A DNA stretch of 64,000 nt, from the NCBI GenBank assembly GCA_965657905.1, contig CBFHPT010000002.1:218470-282469 (forward strand), read 5' to 3'. The DNA comes from Luminiphilus sp. (lineage in GTDB: Bacteria; Pseudomonadota; Gammaproteobacteria; Pseudomonadales; Halieaceae). The notes below the pieces were generated by a model. That model saw only the letters and a program-made list of their open reading frames with translations, searched no databases and had not been told where the DNA came from. A program made the translations under genes and the position numbers. Of the stretch, positions 13,403 through 23,792 are shown one piece after another (within the stretch, counting starts at the first letter, position 1; each line of letters begins with the position of its first letter).

Positions 13403-13419
13403 ATTTCATAATATGAAAT
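13403..13419. promoter_or_regulatory. perfect 8-1-8 palindrome of the LysR-box type (T-N11-A) in the divergent promoter region
   Basis: ATTTCATA-A-TATGAAAT begins 13 nt upstream of the LysR start codon. It contains TTCA-N7-TGAA dyad symmetry that fits the T-N11-A rule. Confidence 0.55.
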
Positions 13420-13604
13420 CAAAAGTACACAAAAGTTAATTGTGTTGCACTCAATTGTCTCCGTGCTCAGACTGCTCCCCGGAATATCGGCTTATATGTG
13501 TATGAAAGTGCGCTATTGAGCACGCCACTCATTGTGCGATTACCAATCGTGTTTGGCTCAAGGCATCGATTAACACATAAACAAGCAAGATTTAAGGATA
13601 GCGG

Positions 13605-13989
13605 ATGAGCAAAGAAAAAGTGTTTCTTCTGGTTGCTGCTGCGGGCCTTACGCCGATCGCTTTATTGTATGGTCTTCAACCGACAACGACCGTGCCGATG
13701 CTTTACGGCGTGACGGTCGACTCAGTTAATACGATCCACATCTTTCGGGCTGTGATGGGGCTCTATTTGGGGATGGTGGTTTTCTGGCTGCTGGGTGCGT
13801 TTCGAGAGACGCTGCAATTTGCTGCCCTTTGCAGCGTTGTAGTGTTTATGGGGGGGGTTGGCGATAGGTCGAACACTGAGCCTGGTCGTTGATGGCATCC
13901 CCGAAATTCCCCTTGTGATATACCTCGTTCTTGAGGTTTTGTTTGCCGTAGTGGCCTATCGATTAGCGAGCCGCGTGTCCGCGAATTAA
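13605..13989 (+). pseudogene. DUF4345-type small 4-TM membrane protein gene, interrupted by a frameshift in a G8 homopolymer
   Basis: ORF 13605..13892 stops 35 nt after the G8 run at 13850-13857. The +1 frame then continues LAIGRTLSLVVDGIPEIPLVIYLVLEVLFAVVAYRLASRVSAN* to 13989. Removing one G yields a 127-aa protein with the GGLAxGRxxSxxxDG pattern I associate with DUF4345. Confidence 0.7.
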
Positions 13990-14035
13990 ACGTGGTCGAT
14001 ATTAAATTCTTTCTGGTAAATCTCGGGATCTATTC

Positions 14036-15799
14036 ATGAAAAAACGCCTTGCTTTGTCTGCTCTCATATCTGGTTGTGTTGCGGCAGCGCTATTTGCGCC
14101 GGCCCAGGCGGCGCCTGACGAAATGAAAAAACCGCCGAACATTGTTCTGTTAGTCGGCGATGATATGGGGCTCGGTGATATTGGACCCTTTGGCTCTGAG
14201 ATTCACACGCCGTCTTTAAACATGATGGCACAGCAAGGCGTGCGCTTCTCAAACTTTCATGCGAGCCCTGTTTGCTCAATTACCCGATCCCAGTTGCTAA
14301 CCGGCAACAACAATATCGAGATCGGGTTGGCTAGCTTCGACTATGCGGTGTACCCAGAGGCCAAAGGTAAACCTGGCTATGAGGGCTACTTGACCGAAAA
14401 CGCGGTCACTATTCAGGAGCTATTGCGCGACGCAGGCTACGATACCTATCAAACCGGTAAGTGGCACCTTGGTGGTCAGCATGGCGGCCGCGGGCCCCAT
14501 GAAATGGGTTTCACCGGCAGCTACGGCATTCTCGCGGGGGGCTCCAACCACTGGAACAGCGGCGACATGCTGCCAAATATGCATCACCCAGATTCTCAGA
14601 AAGCCGCTGCAGCGGGTGAGATCCCGCCCATGATTGATATGCCTTACTTTGAAAACGGCGAACCGGTTGAGCGGCCGCTTGGTATTTACTCTGATGACCT
14701 TTATACCGGCAAGATGCTCGGATTTATGGAGCAGTCACGACGATCCGGCACCCCGTTCTTTGCCTACCTGGCGTTCACCACCGCTCACTTGCCGATTCAA
14801 GCTCCCGGTGGTCTGGCGGAGCGCTATTACGAGCAATACCTCGAGCTGGGGTGGGACGGATTAAAAGCTCAGCGAATGCAGCAGCTTATTGATGCCGGCA
14901 TTCTGCCTAAAGACAGCAAGCTACCCCCCGAGAATCCGATCACTCGGCCCTGGGATAGCCTGAGTGACGACGAGAAGAAACTCCAGGCCAAAGTTTTTGC
15001 TACGTATGCGGCGATGATTGAGTCACAGGATCGGCATATCGGTCGAGTATTGGATTGGCTGCGTGAAACCGGCGAGCTGGACAATACACTTATTATCTAC
15101 ATGACTGACAACGGCCCAGAGGGTACTGACGCTTTTGGCGAACTGGGTAATCCCGCGCTTAGTGGATGGATGGAAAAGCACTTCAGTCAAGATATTGCAG
15201 ACGTTGGGCACGGTAACTCTAATTGGCAGATAGGCATTGAGTGGGCAAACGCTGCCACAGGTTCTTTGCAGTGGTGGAAGTGGTTCATCGATGAAGGCGG
15301 TATTCGCGTGCCACTGATTGTTGTACCGCCCAAGTCCCACGGGGATGCATTCAGTCAGCAGGGCGACGTGTCGGATGTATTTGTGTCGGTAAAAGATTTG
15401 CCGATGACAATACTTCAGTATGCCGGAGTAGAGCACCCGATGACCCGCTATCAGGGGCGGGATATTGTTCCCCCATCGGGCAAGAGCATGGTTGGCTATC
15501 TGAACCAAGAAGCCGACGCCGTCTACGGTCCTGAGGATTGGACAGCCTTTGAGTTGTTTGGCAACGCTTACGTCGTGCGTGGCGACTACAAGGCGATAAA
15601 AGTACGTTCCGGCATGTGGGGTGATGGCAAGTGGCACCTCTATCACCTGCGCAACGACCCTGCGGAAACTAATCCGCTCGAAGCCGACATGCCTGAAGAG
15701 TTGGCGGAGCTGGTTGATCTTTATGAAGCTTATGCAGAGCAATGGCAGATTCAGCCAGTCAGGGAAGACTGGAACCCCCAGAAAGAGCTGGGGCATTGA
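14036..15799 (+). CDS. secreted sulfatase (arylsulfatase family) with a non-canonical active-site motif
   Basis: A 587-aa ORF with a signal peptide (MKKRLALSALISGCVAAALFAPAQA) and the sulfatase N-terminal signature NIVLLVGDDMGLGDIGPFG ... SPVCSITRSQLLTG ... GKWHLG. Confidence 0.88.
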   Translation: MKKRLALSALISGCVAAALFAPAQAAPDEMKKPPNIVLLVGDDMGLGDIGPFGSEIHTPSLNMMAQQGVRFSNFHASPVCSITRSQLLTGNNNIEIGLASFDYAVYPEAKGKPGYEGYLTENAVTIQELLRDAGYDTYQTGKWHLGGQHGGRGPHEMGFTGSYGILAGGSNHWNSGDMLPNMHHPDSQKAAAAGEIPPMIDMPYFENGEPVERPLGIYSDDLYTGKMLGFMEQSRRSGTPFFAYLAFTTAHLPIQAPGGLAERYYEQYLELGWDGLKAQRMQQLIDAGILPKDSKLPPENPITRPWDSLSDDEKKLQAKVFATYAAMIESQDRHIGRVLDWLRETGELDNTLIIYMTDNGPEGTDAFGELGNPALSGWMEKHFSQDIADVGHGNSNWQIGIEWANAATGSLQWWKWFIDEGGIRVPLIVVPPKSHGDAFSQQGDVSDVFVSVKDLPMTILQYAGVEHPMTRYQGRDIVPPSGKSMVGYLNQEADAVYGPEDWTAFELFGNAYVVRGDYKAIKVRSGMWGDGKWHLYHLRNDPAETNPLEADMPEELAELVDLYEAYAEQWQIQPVREDWNPQKELGH

Positions 15800-15874
15800 T
15801 GTCCCGTAGGTGCTCCCAAGGGGCTTCGCTCTAGGAACTTCCCTCTAATCTCTTCGATCTAGGCGTTCAAGCAA

Positions 15875-15894
15875 AAGACGTCGCAAGGCGTCTT
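15875..15894. terminator. weak hairpin between the convergent sulfatase and rmuC genes
   Basis: AAGACG-tcgcaagg-CGTCTT forms a 6-bp stem. On the minus strand it is followed by TTGC, so the stem 3' arm plus tail reads CTTTTG. This is weaker than a textbook intrinsic terminator. Confidence 0.3.
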
Positions 15895-15947
15895 AGGTGA
15901 TAGAGGCTTACAGTGAGTGCTGACATCACTGGCATTCCGGCGAGCCT

Positions 15948-17345
15948 CTACTCGTCAGCTTCTTTCTTGTCGGTCGCGCCGGTCGCAATGCTTAAATGAT
16001 GGGCGTCGGTTTCCGGCGCCAGCGAAGCGAGTTGGTCGGGAAATGTCTTATTCGCTCGCTGACTGAGTTGCTGAAACCGCTCGACCTTGCCGTGCAGCCC
16101 CTGACGACCAACGATCGCGGTCACCGTGTCGTTGTATTTTTTGGTTGTTGTCTGCAGAGAGCTGCCTAAGGTTTGTAAGCGATCGGCAATTAGACATACC
16201 GAATTGAAGATATCCCCCGCACGTTCGCTGATCTCACGGGCTTCGGCGTTACTCCGCTCCACCATCCACAGGTTTGCCACCGTGCGCAGAATAGGCATCA
16301 GCGTGGTGTGAGACACCATGACGACGCCTTTCTGGTAGCCATAATTGAACAGATCACGGTGGTGCCGCATCACCTCGATGTAGGCGGGCTCAACGGGCAT
16401 AAACATGAGCACAAAGTCTGGGCTCGCCATGCCGGGTAGCTGCGCATAGTCCTTTGCCGATAGGCTATCGATGTGATTTTTGACGGCGGTTCCATGCCGA
16501 TTGAGCGCGGCTTCCCGAAGACTGTCATCCTCCGCGGATATCGCGGTTTCGTAGTCAATCAATGAGACCTTGCTGTCAATGACAAGGTTTTTTCCTTCGG
16601 GCAATTTAATGACAAAGTCGGGTAAAAACCGTTGCCCCGACTCGTCTTTGAAACTTGCTTGGGTTTCGTAATGCTCGTCGGGCCTTAAGCCTGCCAATTC
16701 CAGCGTGCGTTCGAGCTGCGCTTCGCCCCAGTTGCCCACGAGCTTCTTATCACCCTTTAGCGCGCGGGTGAGGTTGGTTGCGTCGCTGCTGATGGCCAGA
16801 CCGACACGCTCAAGTCCGCGAATCTGTTCGCTGAGCGCCGAGGAGTTTTTAACCATGTCACCATGAACTTGGTTCACTCGGTGCTGAAAACCCTCGATTT
16901 TCTCGCTCAGGGGTTTAAGAATCGCCCCAATACTTTCTTGGTTTTTTTCACGAAGCTCTTTGTCGCGGGCGTTTAAGAACTCGCGACTGAGGTTTTCAAA
17001 CTCGCTACGGAGTTGGCCGCGGCTTCCCTCGAACTGTTTGATTTGCTCCCGAAGGCTCCGCTCGCGCTCCTCACTTCTTGCTTCCTCGGCGCTTAAGCGC
17101 GCAACCAGAGTCTGGTGTTCACGCTGCAGAGCTGCCAGCTGATCGGCGATGCGCTGGCGTTCGTTGTCCAACGTACCTATTGAGGCATTAACGTTGTCTC
17201 GCTGCTGCTGCATATCCGCGAAATCGGATTTAAGCTGCTTGCCTTGGGCAGATGCGTACAGCCAAAAAACCGTACCCGAAATCACGCTACCTAGCGCAGC
17301 GCCTGCCGCTAGGAGCTCAACTGGGCTAAGGCTCTCAAGGTTCAT
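15948..17345 (-). CDS. rmuC: DNA recombination protein RmuC
   Basis: A 465-aa ORF with an N-terminal TM helix, a long coiled-coil region and a C-terminal RmuC nuclease-like domain. Its ATG overlaps the glyS stop codon (ATGA). Confidence 0.88.
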   Translation of the reverse strand: MNLESLSPVELLAAGAALGSVISGTVFWLYASAQGKQLKSDFADMQQQRDNVNASIGTLDNERQRIADQLAALQREHQTLVARLSAEEARSEERERSLREQIKQFEGSRGQLRSEFENLSREFLNARDKELREKNQESIGAILKPLSEKIEGFQHRVNQVHGDMVKNSSALSEQIRGLERVGLAISSDATNLTRALKGDKKLVGNWGEAQLERTLELAGLRPDEHYETQASFKDESGQRFLPDFVIKLPEGKNLVIDSKVSLIDYETAISAEDDSLREAALNRHGTAVKNHIDSLSAKDYAQLPGMASPDFVLMFMPVEPAYIEVMRHHRDLFNYGYQKGVVMVSHTTLMPILRTVANLWMVERSNAEAREISERAGDIFNSVCLIADRLQTLGSSLQTTTKKYNDTVTAIVGRQGLHGKVERFQQLSQRANKTFPDQLASLAPETDAHHLSIATGATDKKEADE

Positions 17346-19456
17346 CCGTTTCCGTAGCTGAGCTGGGCGATATCAGCGATGCTGATGAACAGAGCTCTCA
17401 GCGCAGCGAGTAAGCGGTAGCGATTGAGTTTTTGTGCCGGGTCTTCGGCATTGACCATAACTTGATCAAAAAACGTATCGATCGGCTGACGTAATTCGGA
17501 GAGTACTGCGAGTGCTGCCGCGTAGTCCCCGATCTCCAGCTTGGGCGCCATCTGCTGCTTGGCCCCTGTCAGTGCCTCGAACAGTTGGGCTTCGGCCGCT
17601 TCAGTAAACAGCGCAGGGTCGGGTTCGCCGCTAACGGGTTTTTCTGACTTAGCAAGAATATTGGCTACGCGCTTGTTTGCAGCAGCTAACGCTTCGGCCG
17701 CTTCTGTTTTGGCAAAAACTTGCAGTGCTTGAACGCGCTTATCGATTTCTGACGGTGCTGTGAGTCCTGTCGCGGTGACGGCGCGCAGCACGTCGACGCC
17801 AATTGATTGGTCTTCATACAGAGCTCGCAGACGCTCAAGGCTGTAGTCGGTTACCGCGGCTGCGGTATTCCCATCAAGGCTCCCGCTTGGATAGCTCGCA
17901 ACGGCTTTCTCCGCCAACTTCCGAAGGTCAAGGTCATGGCCACGTTCAATCAAAATGCGCAGGACGGCGAGTGCCGCACGCCGTAGACCAAAAGGGTCCT
18001 TGGAGCCCGTTGGCGTTTGTCCGATACCAAAAATGCCCGCTAGAGTGTCGAGGCGATCAGCGAGAGCCACTGCGGCGGCTTCGGGTGTGCTGGGTAGCGC
18101 GTCGCCGGCTTGCTTTGGCCAGTAGTGTTGCTCGATCGCGATCACGACCTGTGCGGGTTCTCCGTCATTCTCCGCATAGTGAGCGCCCGCTATTCCTTGA
18201 AGCTCCGGAAACTCGAGGACCATGTCGGAAACAAGATCGCACTTAGCGAGAGCTGCGGCTCGGGTTGCTGCCACAGGCTCTGCCCCGAGAGGTTCAGATA
18301 GCTGCTCTGTCAGCCCTACCATTCGTTGCTGTTTATCAGCGAGGCTGCCTAGCTTGTGCTGAAACACCACGCCAGCAAGGCGCTCGGTGCGCGCTGCGAG
18401 CGGTGTTTGTTTATCCGTCTCAAAGAAGAACGCCGCGTCGCTCAATCGGGGGCGAATAACCCGTTCATTACCTGATATGACAGTCGCAGGATTGACGCTT
18501 TCAATGTTGGCGATGGTAATAAACTTAGGCAACAAGTTGCCTTCGTGATCCACCAGATGAAAATACTTTTGGTGCTCGCGCATGGAAGAGATTAACGCCT
18601 CTTGCGGTACGTTTAAGAACTCTTCAGCAAAACTGCCGGCCAACGCCACGGGCCATTCCACTAGGCCGGTCACTTCATCGAGCAGGTCGTCGCCAATGAC
18701 GGGCACACCGTCGACTTCGCGTGCTACCGCTTCGACTTGATTCCGGATAAGTTGACGCCTTTCCTGATAATCCACCACAACATTTGCCGTACGCATCGCG
18801 GCTACGTAATCACTGGGTGCTTTAAGAGATACCAAATCCGGGTGGTGAAAGCGGTGGCCGGGAGAGGTGTCGCCGGCCTTCAAACCAAATAAGGTAACGG
18901 GCAGAACCTGATCGCCCAATAGGGCAACCACCCATTGCACCGGCCTTAAAAATTCGTTGCTCTCACGCCCCCAGCGCATGCGTTTCGCCACGGGGATACC
19001 CGCAACAGCGTCACTGATCAATTCGGGCAGGGCGTCGGCTGCGATCGCTCCGGGCTCGGTGCGGGTCAACCCCAGCCGCAGCCCTTTGTCCGTTTCGATC
19101 TGCTGTAGTTCATCGACCGTTACACCTTGTTTCCGAGCAAATCCTTCTGCAGCCGGTGTCCAGTTCCCGTCTTTGTCGGTTGCTGCTGCGACCGGAGGTC
19201 CCAGTACCTCGGTTTCACGATCGGGCGCACGAGGGACTAAACCGGACACGAGCACGGCTAGACGTCGAGGCGTTGCAAACCATGCTGCGCTGGTAAAGCT
19301 TAAGCCGCGGTCTGCTAGGCCTTGGCAAATTCCTTGGTGAAGGGCTTCGGCCATCGTCGTTAGCGGCCCCGCCGGCAACTCCTCGCATCCCAACTCGAAG
19401 AGTAGATCGAGTGCTTCGTCGGCAGCGGTTATGTCGTTCATCACGGCGTTAGTCAT
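17342..19456 (-). CDS. glyS: glycine--tRNA ligase beta subunit
   Basis: A 704-aa ORF with N-terminus [11 protein letters not shown], typical of GlyS. It overlaps the glyQ stop by 4 nt. Confidence 0.95.
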   Translation of the reverse strand: MTNAVMNDITAADEALDLLFELGCEELPAGPLTTMAEALHQGICQGLADRGLSFTSAAWFATPRRLAVLVSGLVPRAPDRETEVLGPPVAAATDKDGNWTPAAEGFARKQGVTVDELQQIETDKGLRLGLTRTEPGAIAADALPELISDAVAGIPVAKRMRWGRESNEFLRPVQWVVALLGDQVLPVTLFGLKAGDTSPGHRFHHPDLVSLKAPSDYVAAMRTANVVVDYQERRQLIRNQVEAVAREVDGVPVIGDDLLDEVTGLVEWPVALAGSFAEEFLNVPQEALISSMREHQKYFHLVDHEGNLLPKFITIANIESVNPATVISGNERVIRPRLSDAAFFFETDKQTPLAARTERLAGVVFQHKLGSLADKQQRMVGLTEQLSEPLGAEPVAATRAAALAKCDLVSDMVLEFPELQGIAGAHYAENDGEPAQVVIAIEQHYWPKQAGDALPSTPEAAAVALADRLDTLAGIFGIGQTPTGSKDPFGLRRAALAVLRILIERGHDLDLRKLAEKAVASYPSGSLDGNTAAAVTDYSLERLRALYEDQSIGVDVLRAVTATGLTAPSEIDKRVQALQVFAKTEAAEALAAANKRVANILAKSEKPVSGEPDPALFTEAAEAQLFEALTGAKQQMAPKLEIGDYAAALAVLSELRQPIDTFFDQVMVNAEDPAQKLNRYRLLAALRALFISIADIAQLSYGNG

Positions 19457-20376
19457 GATAAAGCCTCCAGCGCCTGCGCACGGAGGTCGGCGTCAGCTTG
19501 CGGGAAACCCAGGGCGGCTCGTGCCGCGTAATAGGACTCTGCGACGGCTTTCGCCAGCGTACGCACTCGAAGAATGTACCGCTGTCGCTCGGTCACACCA
19601 ATCGCGTGGCGGGCGTCGAGTAAGTTGAACGCGTGGGACGCCTTCATCACATGCTCGTAGGCGGGCAAAGGCAGCCCCTTGTCGACTAGGCGCAGTGCTT
19701 CGTGTTCGCAAAAGTCAAAGGTACCGAAGAGTTGGTCGGTATCGGCCTCTTGAAAATTATAGGTCGACATTTCCACTTCGTTTTGGTGGAAAACATCACC
19801 GTAGGTGACAGGACCGGCGGGCGTCTGCGCCCAAACCAGGTTATACACAGACTCGACACCCTGAAGATACATGGCAATGCGCTCAAGGCCGTAAGTAATC
19901 TCACCCGTCACCGGCAAGCACTCAATGCCGCCGGCCTGCTGGAAATAGGTGAACTGGCTGACTTCCATACCGTTGAGCCAGACTTCCCAGCCCAGTCCCC
20001 AGGCTCCTAAAGTGGGTGACTCCCAGTTGTCCTCTACAAACCGCACGTCGTGTTCAAGGGGGTCGACGCCGAGTGCTTTCAGGCTGTCGAGATACAGTTC
20101 CTGAAAATCCGCCGGGCTGGGCTTCATGACCACTTGAAACTGATAGTAGTGCTGTAAACGGTTGGGATTCTCCCCGTAGCGACCATCTGCTGGACGGCGA
20201 CTGGGCTGCACGTAAGCGGCATTCCAGTTTTCTGGGCCAATGGCGCGTAGAAACGTTGCAGGATGGAAGGTGCCGGCACCAACCTCCATGTCGAGGGGTT
20301 GTAAAATGACGCAGCCATGGCTGCCCCAGAAGTTCTGCAAGCGCAGAATCAGCTCTTGAAATGTTTCGGGAATCAC
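19453..20376 (-). CDS. glyQ: glycine--tRNA ligase alpha subunit
   Basis: ORF 19453..20511. By comparison with E. coli GlyQ from memory (TFQGLILTLQDYW ... [28 protein letters not shown]), the start should lie about 5-10 aa before [13 protein letters not shown]. The in-frame GTG at 20376 gives 307 aa. The longer ORF would overlap the divergent acyltransferase gene. Confidence 0.9.
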   Translation of the reverse strand: MIPETFQELILRLQNFWGSHGCVILQPLDMEVGAGTFHPATFLRAIGPENWNAAYVQPSRRPADGRYGENPNRLQHYYQFQVVMKPSPADFQELYLDSLKALGVDPLEHDVRFVEDNWESPTLGAWGLGWEVWLNGMEVSQFTYFQQAGGIECLPVTGEITYGLERIAMYLQGVESVYNLVWAQTPAGPVTYGDVFHQNEVEMSTYNFQEADTDQLFGTFDFCEHEALRLVDKGLPLPAYEHVMKASHAFNLLDARHAIGVTERQRYILRVRTLAKAVAESYYAARAALGFPQADADLRAQALEALS

Positions 20377-20486
20377 ACTGAGGTCCAGAAAAGACGGATT
20401 TAAGGGTTTAGTATACCCGTGAAGGCGGCGGCATAATAAATGTAGCGCATAGGTAGTTGGAATATTCCCCTTGGAACACCAAAAAA

Positions 20487-21422
20487 ATGACTGATTTCCG
20501 TGAGCGTGCACTATCGCTGGCTATTCGGACCCTGCTCTGGCTTTGCTCGCGGCTGCCGCTTGAGTGGGCGAGGGGCTTGGGTCGGTGGGCCGGGCGGCGC
20601 TATTGGGCATTGGATACCCGCGGTCGGCGTGTAGCGGAACGTAATATTGCGCTCGCTTATCCTGATTTGACCGCCGACGAACAAGTTTGTCTCGTCCGGG
20701 CCACTCTCGAGGAAACTGGCGCCCTCACAGCGGAAATGGGCCATGTCTGGATGCGACCCTGGACAGAGACACAGGACTTAATACTCGAGGTCGAGGGAGA
20801 ATCTGACGTGAGGGCCGCCCTCAATTCAGGCCGGGGCGTCATTGTTCTGGGTCCACATTTGGGAAACTGGGAAATGCTCGGACTCCATTTAGCAACCCTC
20901 GGGGATATGGTGGCGCTGTTCGAGCCGCCTAAAATAGCGAGTCTGGGCCCACTCGTTCAGTTTGCCCGGGAACGCAGCGGAGGCCAGTTGGTGCCCACCA
21001 CGCCCCGAGGGCTCGCGGCACTGGTAAAAAGTGTGAAGCGCGGCGGTATCTCGGGCATTTTGCCTGATCAAGTGCCGGATTCTGATAATGGCGGCTTGAA
21101 CGTACCTTTTATGGGTGTGCCTTGTGCGACGGCATCGCTGGGTGTGAATATGGTGAATCGCTCCGGAGCGGTCGCTTTTATGGGTGCCGCATTTCGAATT
21201 GCAGGTGGTTTTCGGGTTTGTTACGTACCCGCCCCAGAGGCACTTTATAGCGATGACCCAGAACAAGCGCTGACCGCAATGAATGACGCGGTTGAGCAGT
21301 TGTTGCGAGGTCGAGACGCTCAGTACCAGTGGTTGTATAAGCGGTTCCGGTGTCGACCTAAAGGTGACACTGACCACTATCGCAACTTGAAGGCGCCCCG
21401 TGGATTGGAGATTGAAAAATGA
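20487..21422 (+). CDS. lpxL: lipid A biosynthesis (Kdo)2-lipid IVA acyltransferase, LpxL/HtrB family
   Basis: ORF 20457..21422, with the likely start at the ATG at 20487 ([10 protein letters not shown]...). It carries the LpxL-family HX4D/E-type motif [11 protein letters not shown] and is of typical size (~311 aa). Confidence 0.78.
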   Translation: MTDFRERALSLAIRTLLWLCSRLPLEWARGLGRWAGRRYWALDTRGRRVAERNIALAYPDLTADEQVCLVRATLEETGALTAEMGHVWMRPWTETQDLILEVEGESDVRAALNSGRGVIVLGPHLGNWEMLGLHLATLGDMVALFEPPKIASLGPLVQFARERSGGQLVPTTPRGLAALVKSVKRGGISGILPDQVPDSDNGGLNVPFMGVPCATASLGVNMVNRSGAVAFMGAAFRIAGGFRVCYVPAPEALYSDDPEQALTAMNDAVEQLLRGRDAQYQWLYKRFRCRPKGDTDHYRNLKAPRGLEIEK

Positions 21423-21492
21423 AAAGGTATACGGGGGTCTCGTGCGCCGAGTGCAGCCCTAACAACGAGCCAGTCGGTTCAAAGGTGGTGAA

Positions 21493-22308
21493 ATGATTAA
21501 GCACTTCGCCGGCAAGCTCATTGCTGGTGTGATCGGTTTTATTACCCTAGGCCCTGTTGGCCTGCTCTTTGGTTTAGCCATTGGTCACGCTTTTGACCGC
21601 GGCCTCTGGCAGGCGCTACAGGCTGCAAGCCCCGATGCACTGGCAGCGGTTCAGCGACAGTTTTTTGATACTACGTTTACCCTGCTGGGCTACGTCGCAA
21701 AGGCCGACGGCCGCGTGAGTGAAGCCGAAGTCGCCCAGGCCGAAGCACTGTTTCGACAGCTGCGTTTAAATCCAGCTCAGCGCCAAGCCGCAATCCTTCG
21801 ATTTAAAGAGGGCTCCCAAGCCGGATTTGACCCAGAGCCGACGGTTGCCGCGTTTGCCCAAAAGGTCGGCGCTCGGCGTCAGGTACAACAGACACTATTT
21901 GCATTCCTCGCTTCGATGGCGCTGGCCGATGGGAGCTTGCATGAGCCTGAGCGGGAGGCATTGCACCGGATCGCCAACCTGCTGGGTGTGCCCGCTGCAG
22001 AGGTGGATCGTCTCGTTTCCATGATCTCTGCTCAGTCGCGATTTCATCAGGGGCGCGCCGGCTCAGCCGGCGGCAGCTTCGGTCAGGCACCCCGGGATCA
22101 GCTGGCGGATGCATATCAGGCTTTAGGCGTGGAAAGCTCGGTTTCCGATGACGCGATTAAGAAAGCGTACCGCAAACTCATGAGCGAAAATCACCCTGAC
22201 AAATTGATTGCCAAGGGCGTGCCGGATGATTTGATCAAACTAGCCACCGAGCGATCCGCAGAAATTTCCACTGCTTATCAGGTGATTCGCGAAGCCCGTG
22301 GGATGTAG
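21493..22308 (+). CDS. djlA: co-chaperone DjlA
   Basis: A 271-aa ORF with an N-terminal TM helix, a TerB-like middle domain and a C-terminal J domain containing HPD (YRKLMSENHPDKL). Confidence 0.9.
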   Translation: MIKHFAGKLIAGVIGFITLGPVGLLFGLAIGHAFDRGLWQALQAASPDALAAVQRQFFDTTFTLLGYVAKADGRVSEAEVAQAEALFRQLRLNPAQRQAAILRFKEGSQAGFDPEPTVAAFAQKVGARRQVQQTLFAFLASMALADGSLHEPEREALHRIANLLGVPAAEVDRLVSMISAQSRFHQGRAGSAGGSFGQAPRDQLADAYQALGVESSVSDDAIKKAYRKLMSENHPDKLIAKGVPDDLIKLATERSAEISTAYQVIREARGM

Positions 22309-22343
22309 GCGGTAGGCAGCACGGTGATCGCAAGCGCGCAGCC

Positions 22344-23792
22344 CTAGAATCGCCAGAACGCGGGGGTAAATAGCACCAGCAAAGTAAAGACCTCGAGTCG
22401 GCCTAGAAGCATCGCGACACAAAGAATAATTTTCCCCATTTCATCCACCGGGGCGTAGTTCGCGGCGACAACACCCAAGCCGGGGCCAAGGTTGTTCAGC
22501 GATGCCGCCACAGCGGAGAAAGCGGACGTGAAATCCAAGCCAGTGGCTAGAAGCAACAGCATGATGGTGACAAAGCAAAACATGTAGACAGCAAAAAAGC
22601 TCCACACGGCACTGACTACCGAAGGTTGAACGCGTCTAGCGTCCAGTTTCAGTGGAATCACCGCATTTGGATGCAGCAGCTGCTTAAGCTCCCGCATGCC
22701 CTGCCGGAAAATGAGCAGCAATCGCATCGCCTTGATGCCACCCCCGGTAGAGCCTGCACAACCGCCCATGAAAGACAGCATGAGCAACAAGAGGGGTAGA
22801 AAATTCGGCCAGCTTGCGAAGTCTTGCGTGGTAAAGCCCGTGGTAGTTGCGATTGATACGGTTTGAAACAGACCGTGAATCAGACTCTCTTCCGGTGAGA
22901 GGGTGTTGCCAGCAATCAAGGTGGCACACGTAAGAACGACCGCCAGCAAAATGATCAAACTGAAAAAAGAGGTTTCTGAGTCCAGTCGGTAAATATCGAA
23001 ACTGCGACGCTGGAAGGCAATGAAGTGCAGCCCGAAGTTGACGGCAGAGATCACCATAAACACGGTGCAGATGAGCAAAATCGTATTGCTTTCAAAATAT
23101 CCCATGCTGGCGTCATGGGTTGAAAACCCGCCAATCGCCACAGTCGAAAACGCGTGGCAAATTGCATCGAAAACAGTCATGCCGGCGCCCCAATATGCCA
23201 GCGCGCAGGCGGTGGTAAGGCCCAAATAAATTGAGAACAACGCTTTTGCCGTGCCTGTGATGCGGGGCGTGAGCTTCCGGTCTTTCGCGGGTCCCGCGCT
23301 TTCAGCGCGATAAAGCTGCATACCGCCGATTCCCAACATCGGCAAGATTGCAACGGCTAGAACAATGATCCCGATGCCCCCAAGCCACTGCAGAAGCTGT
23401 CGATAAAGCAAAATTGATTGAGGGAGGCTATCCAAGCCGACAATGACCGTGGCCCCCGTCGTGGTCAGGCCCGAGATTGATTCGAAGATGGCATCGACCA
23501 CGCTGAGCTTCAGCGATTCCGACAGTATGAATGGCGTAGAACCAAATATCCCGAGAACGATCCAGAACAACGCGGTGACGAGAAATCCATCGCGAATGCG
23601 CAAATCGGATGGAGCGTTACGGGTTGGTAACCAAAGTACTAAGCCGGCGAAAATGTTGATTGCAAACGCCGTGGCAAACGGCCCTGCGCTACCGTCATTG
23701 GCCGTCAACCCCAAATACATAGAGGGCAGCATGGCGACGCTGAACAGCATGAGCAGCACACCAATAATCCGCAGTGACACCGTCAGATGCAT
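22344..23792 (-). CDS. trkH: Trk system potassium uptake protein TrkH
   Basis: A 482-aa polytopic membrane ORF of the TrkH/KtrB family, directly downstream of trkA with a 1-nt overlap. Confidence 0.9.
   Translation of the reverse strand: MHLTVSLRIIGVLLMLFSVAMLPSMYLGLTANDGSAGPFATAFAINIFAGLVLWLPTRNAPSDLRIRDGFLVTALFWIVLGIFGSTPFILSESLKLSVVDAIFESISGLTTTGATVIVGLDSLPQSILLYRQLLQWLGGIGIIVLAVAILPMLGIGGMQLYRAESAGPAKDRKLTPRITGTAKALFSIYLGLTTACALAYWGAGMTVFDAICHAFSTVAIGGFSTHDASMGYFESNTILLICTVFMVISAVNFGLHFIAFQRRSFDIYRLDSETSFFSLIILLAVVLTCATLIAGNTLSPEESLIHGLFQTVSIATTTGFTTQDFASWPNFLPLLLLMLSFMGGCAGSTGGGIKAMRLLLIFRQGMRELKQLLHPNAVIPLKLDARRVQPSVVSAVWSFFAVYMFCFVTIMLLLLATGLDFTSAFSAVAASLNNLGPGLGVVAANYAPVDEMGKIILCVAMLLGRLEVFTLLVLFTPAFWRF

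Noticed and set aside
15023-15796. 257-aa ORF antisense to the sulfatase gene
   Set aside because: It lies entirely within a well-supported gene on the other strand, has no recognisable motifs, and has a composition typical of shadow ORFs in GC-rich DNA.
20377-20511. 45-codon N-terminal extension of glyQ, overlapping the divergent acyltransferase ORF
   Set aside because: GlyQ homologues begin a few residues before TFQxLILxLQxxW. The extension would overlap the oppositely oriented gene start and looks non-protein-like ([20 protein letters not shown]...).
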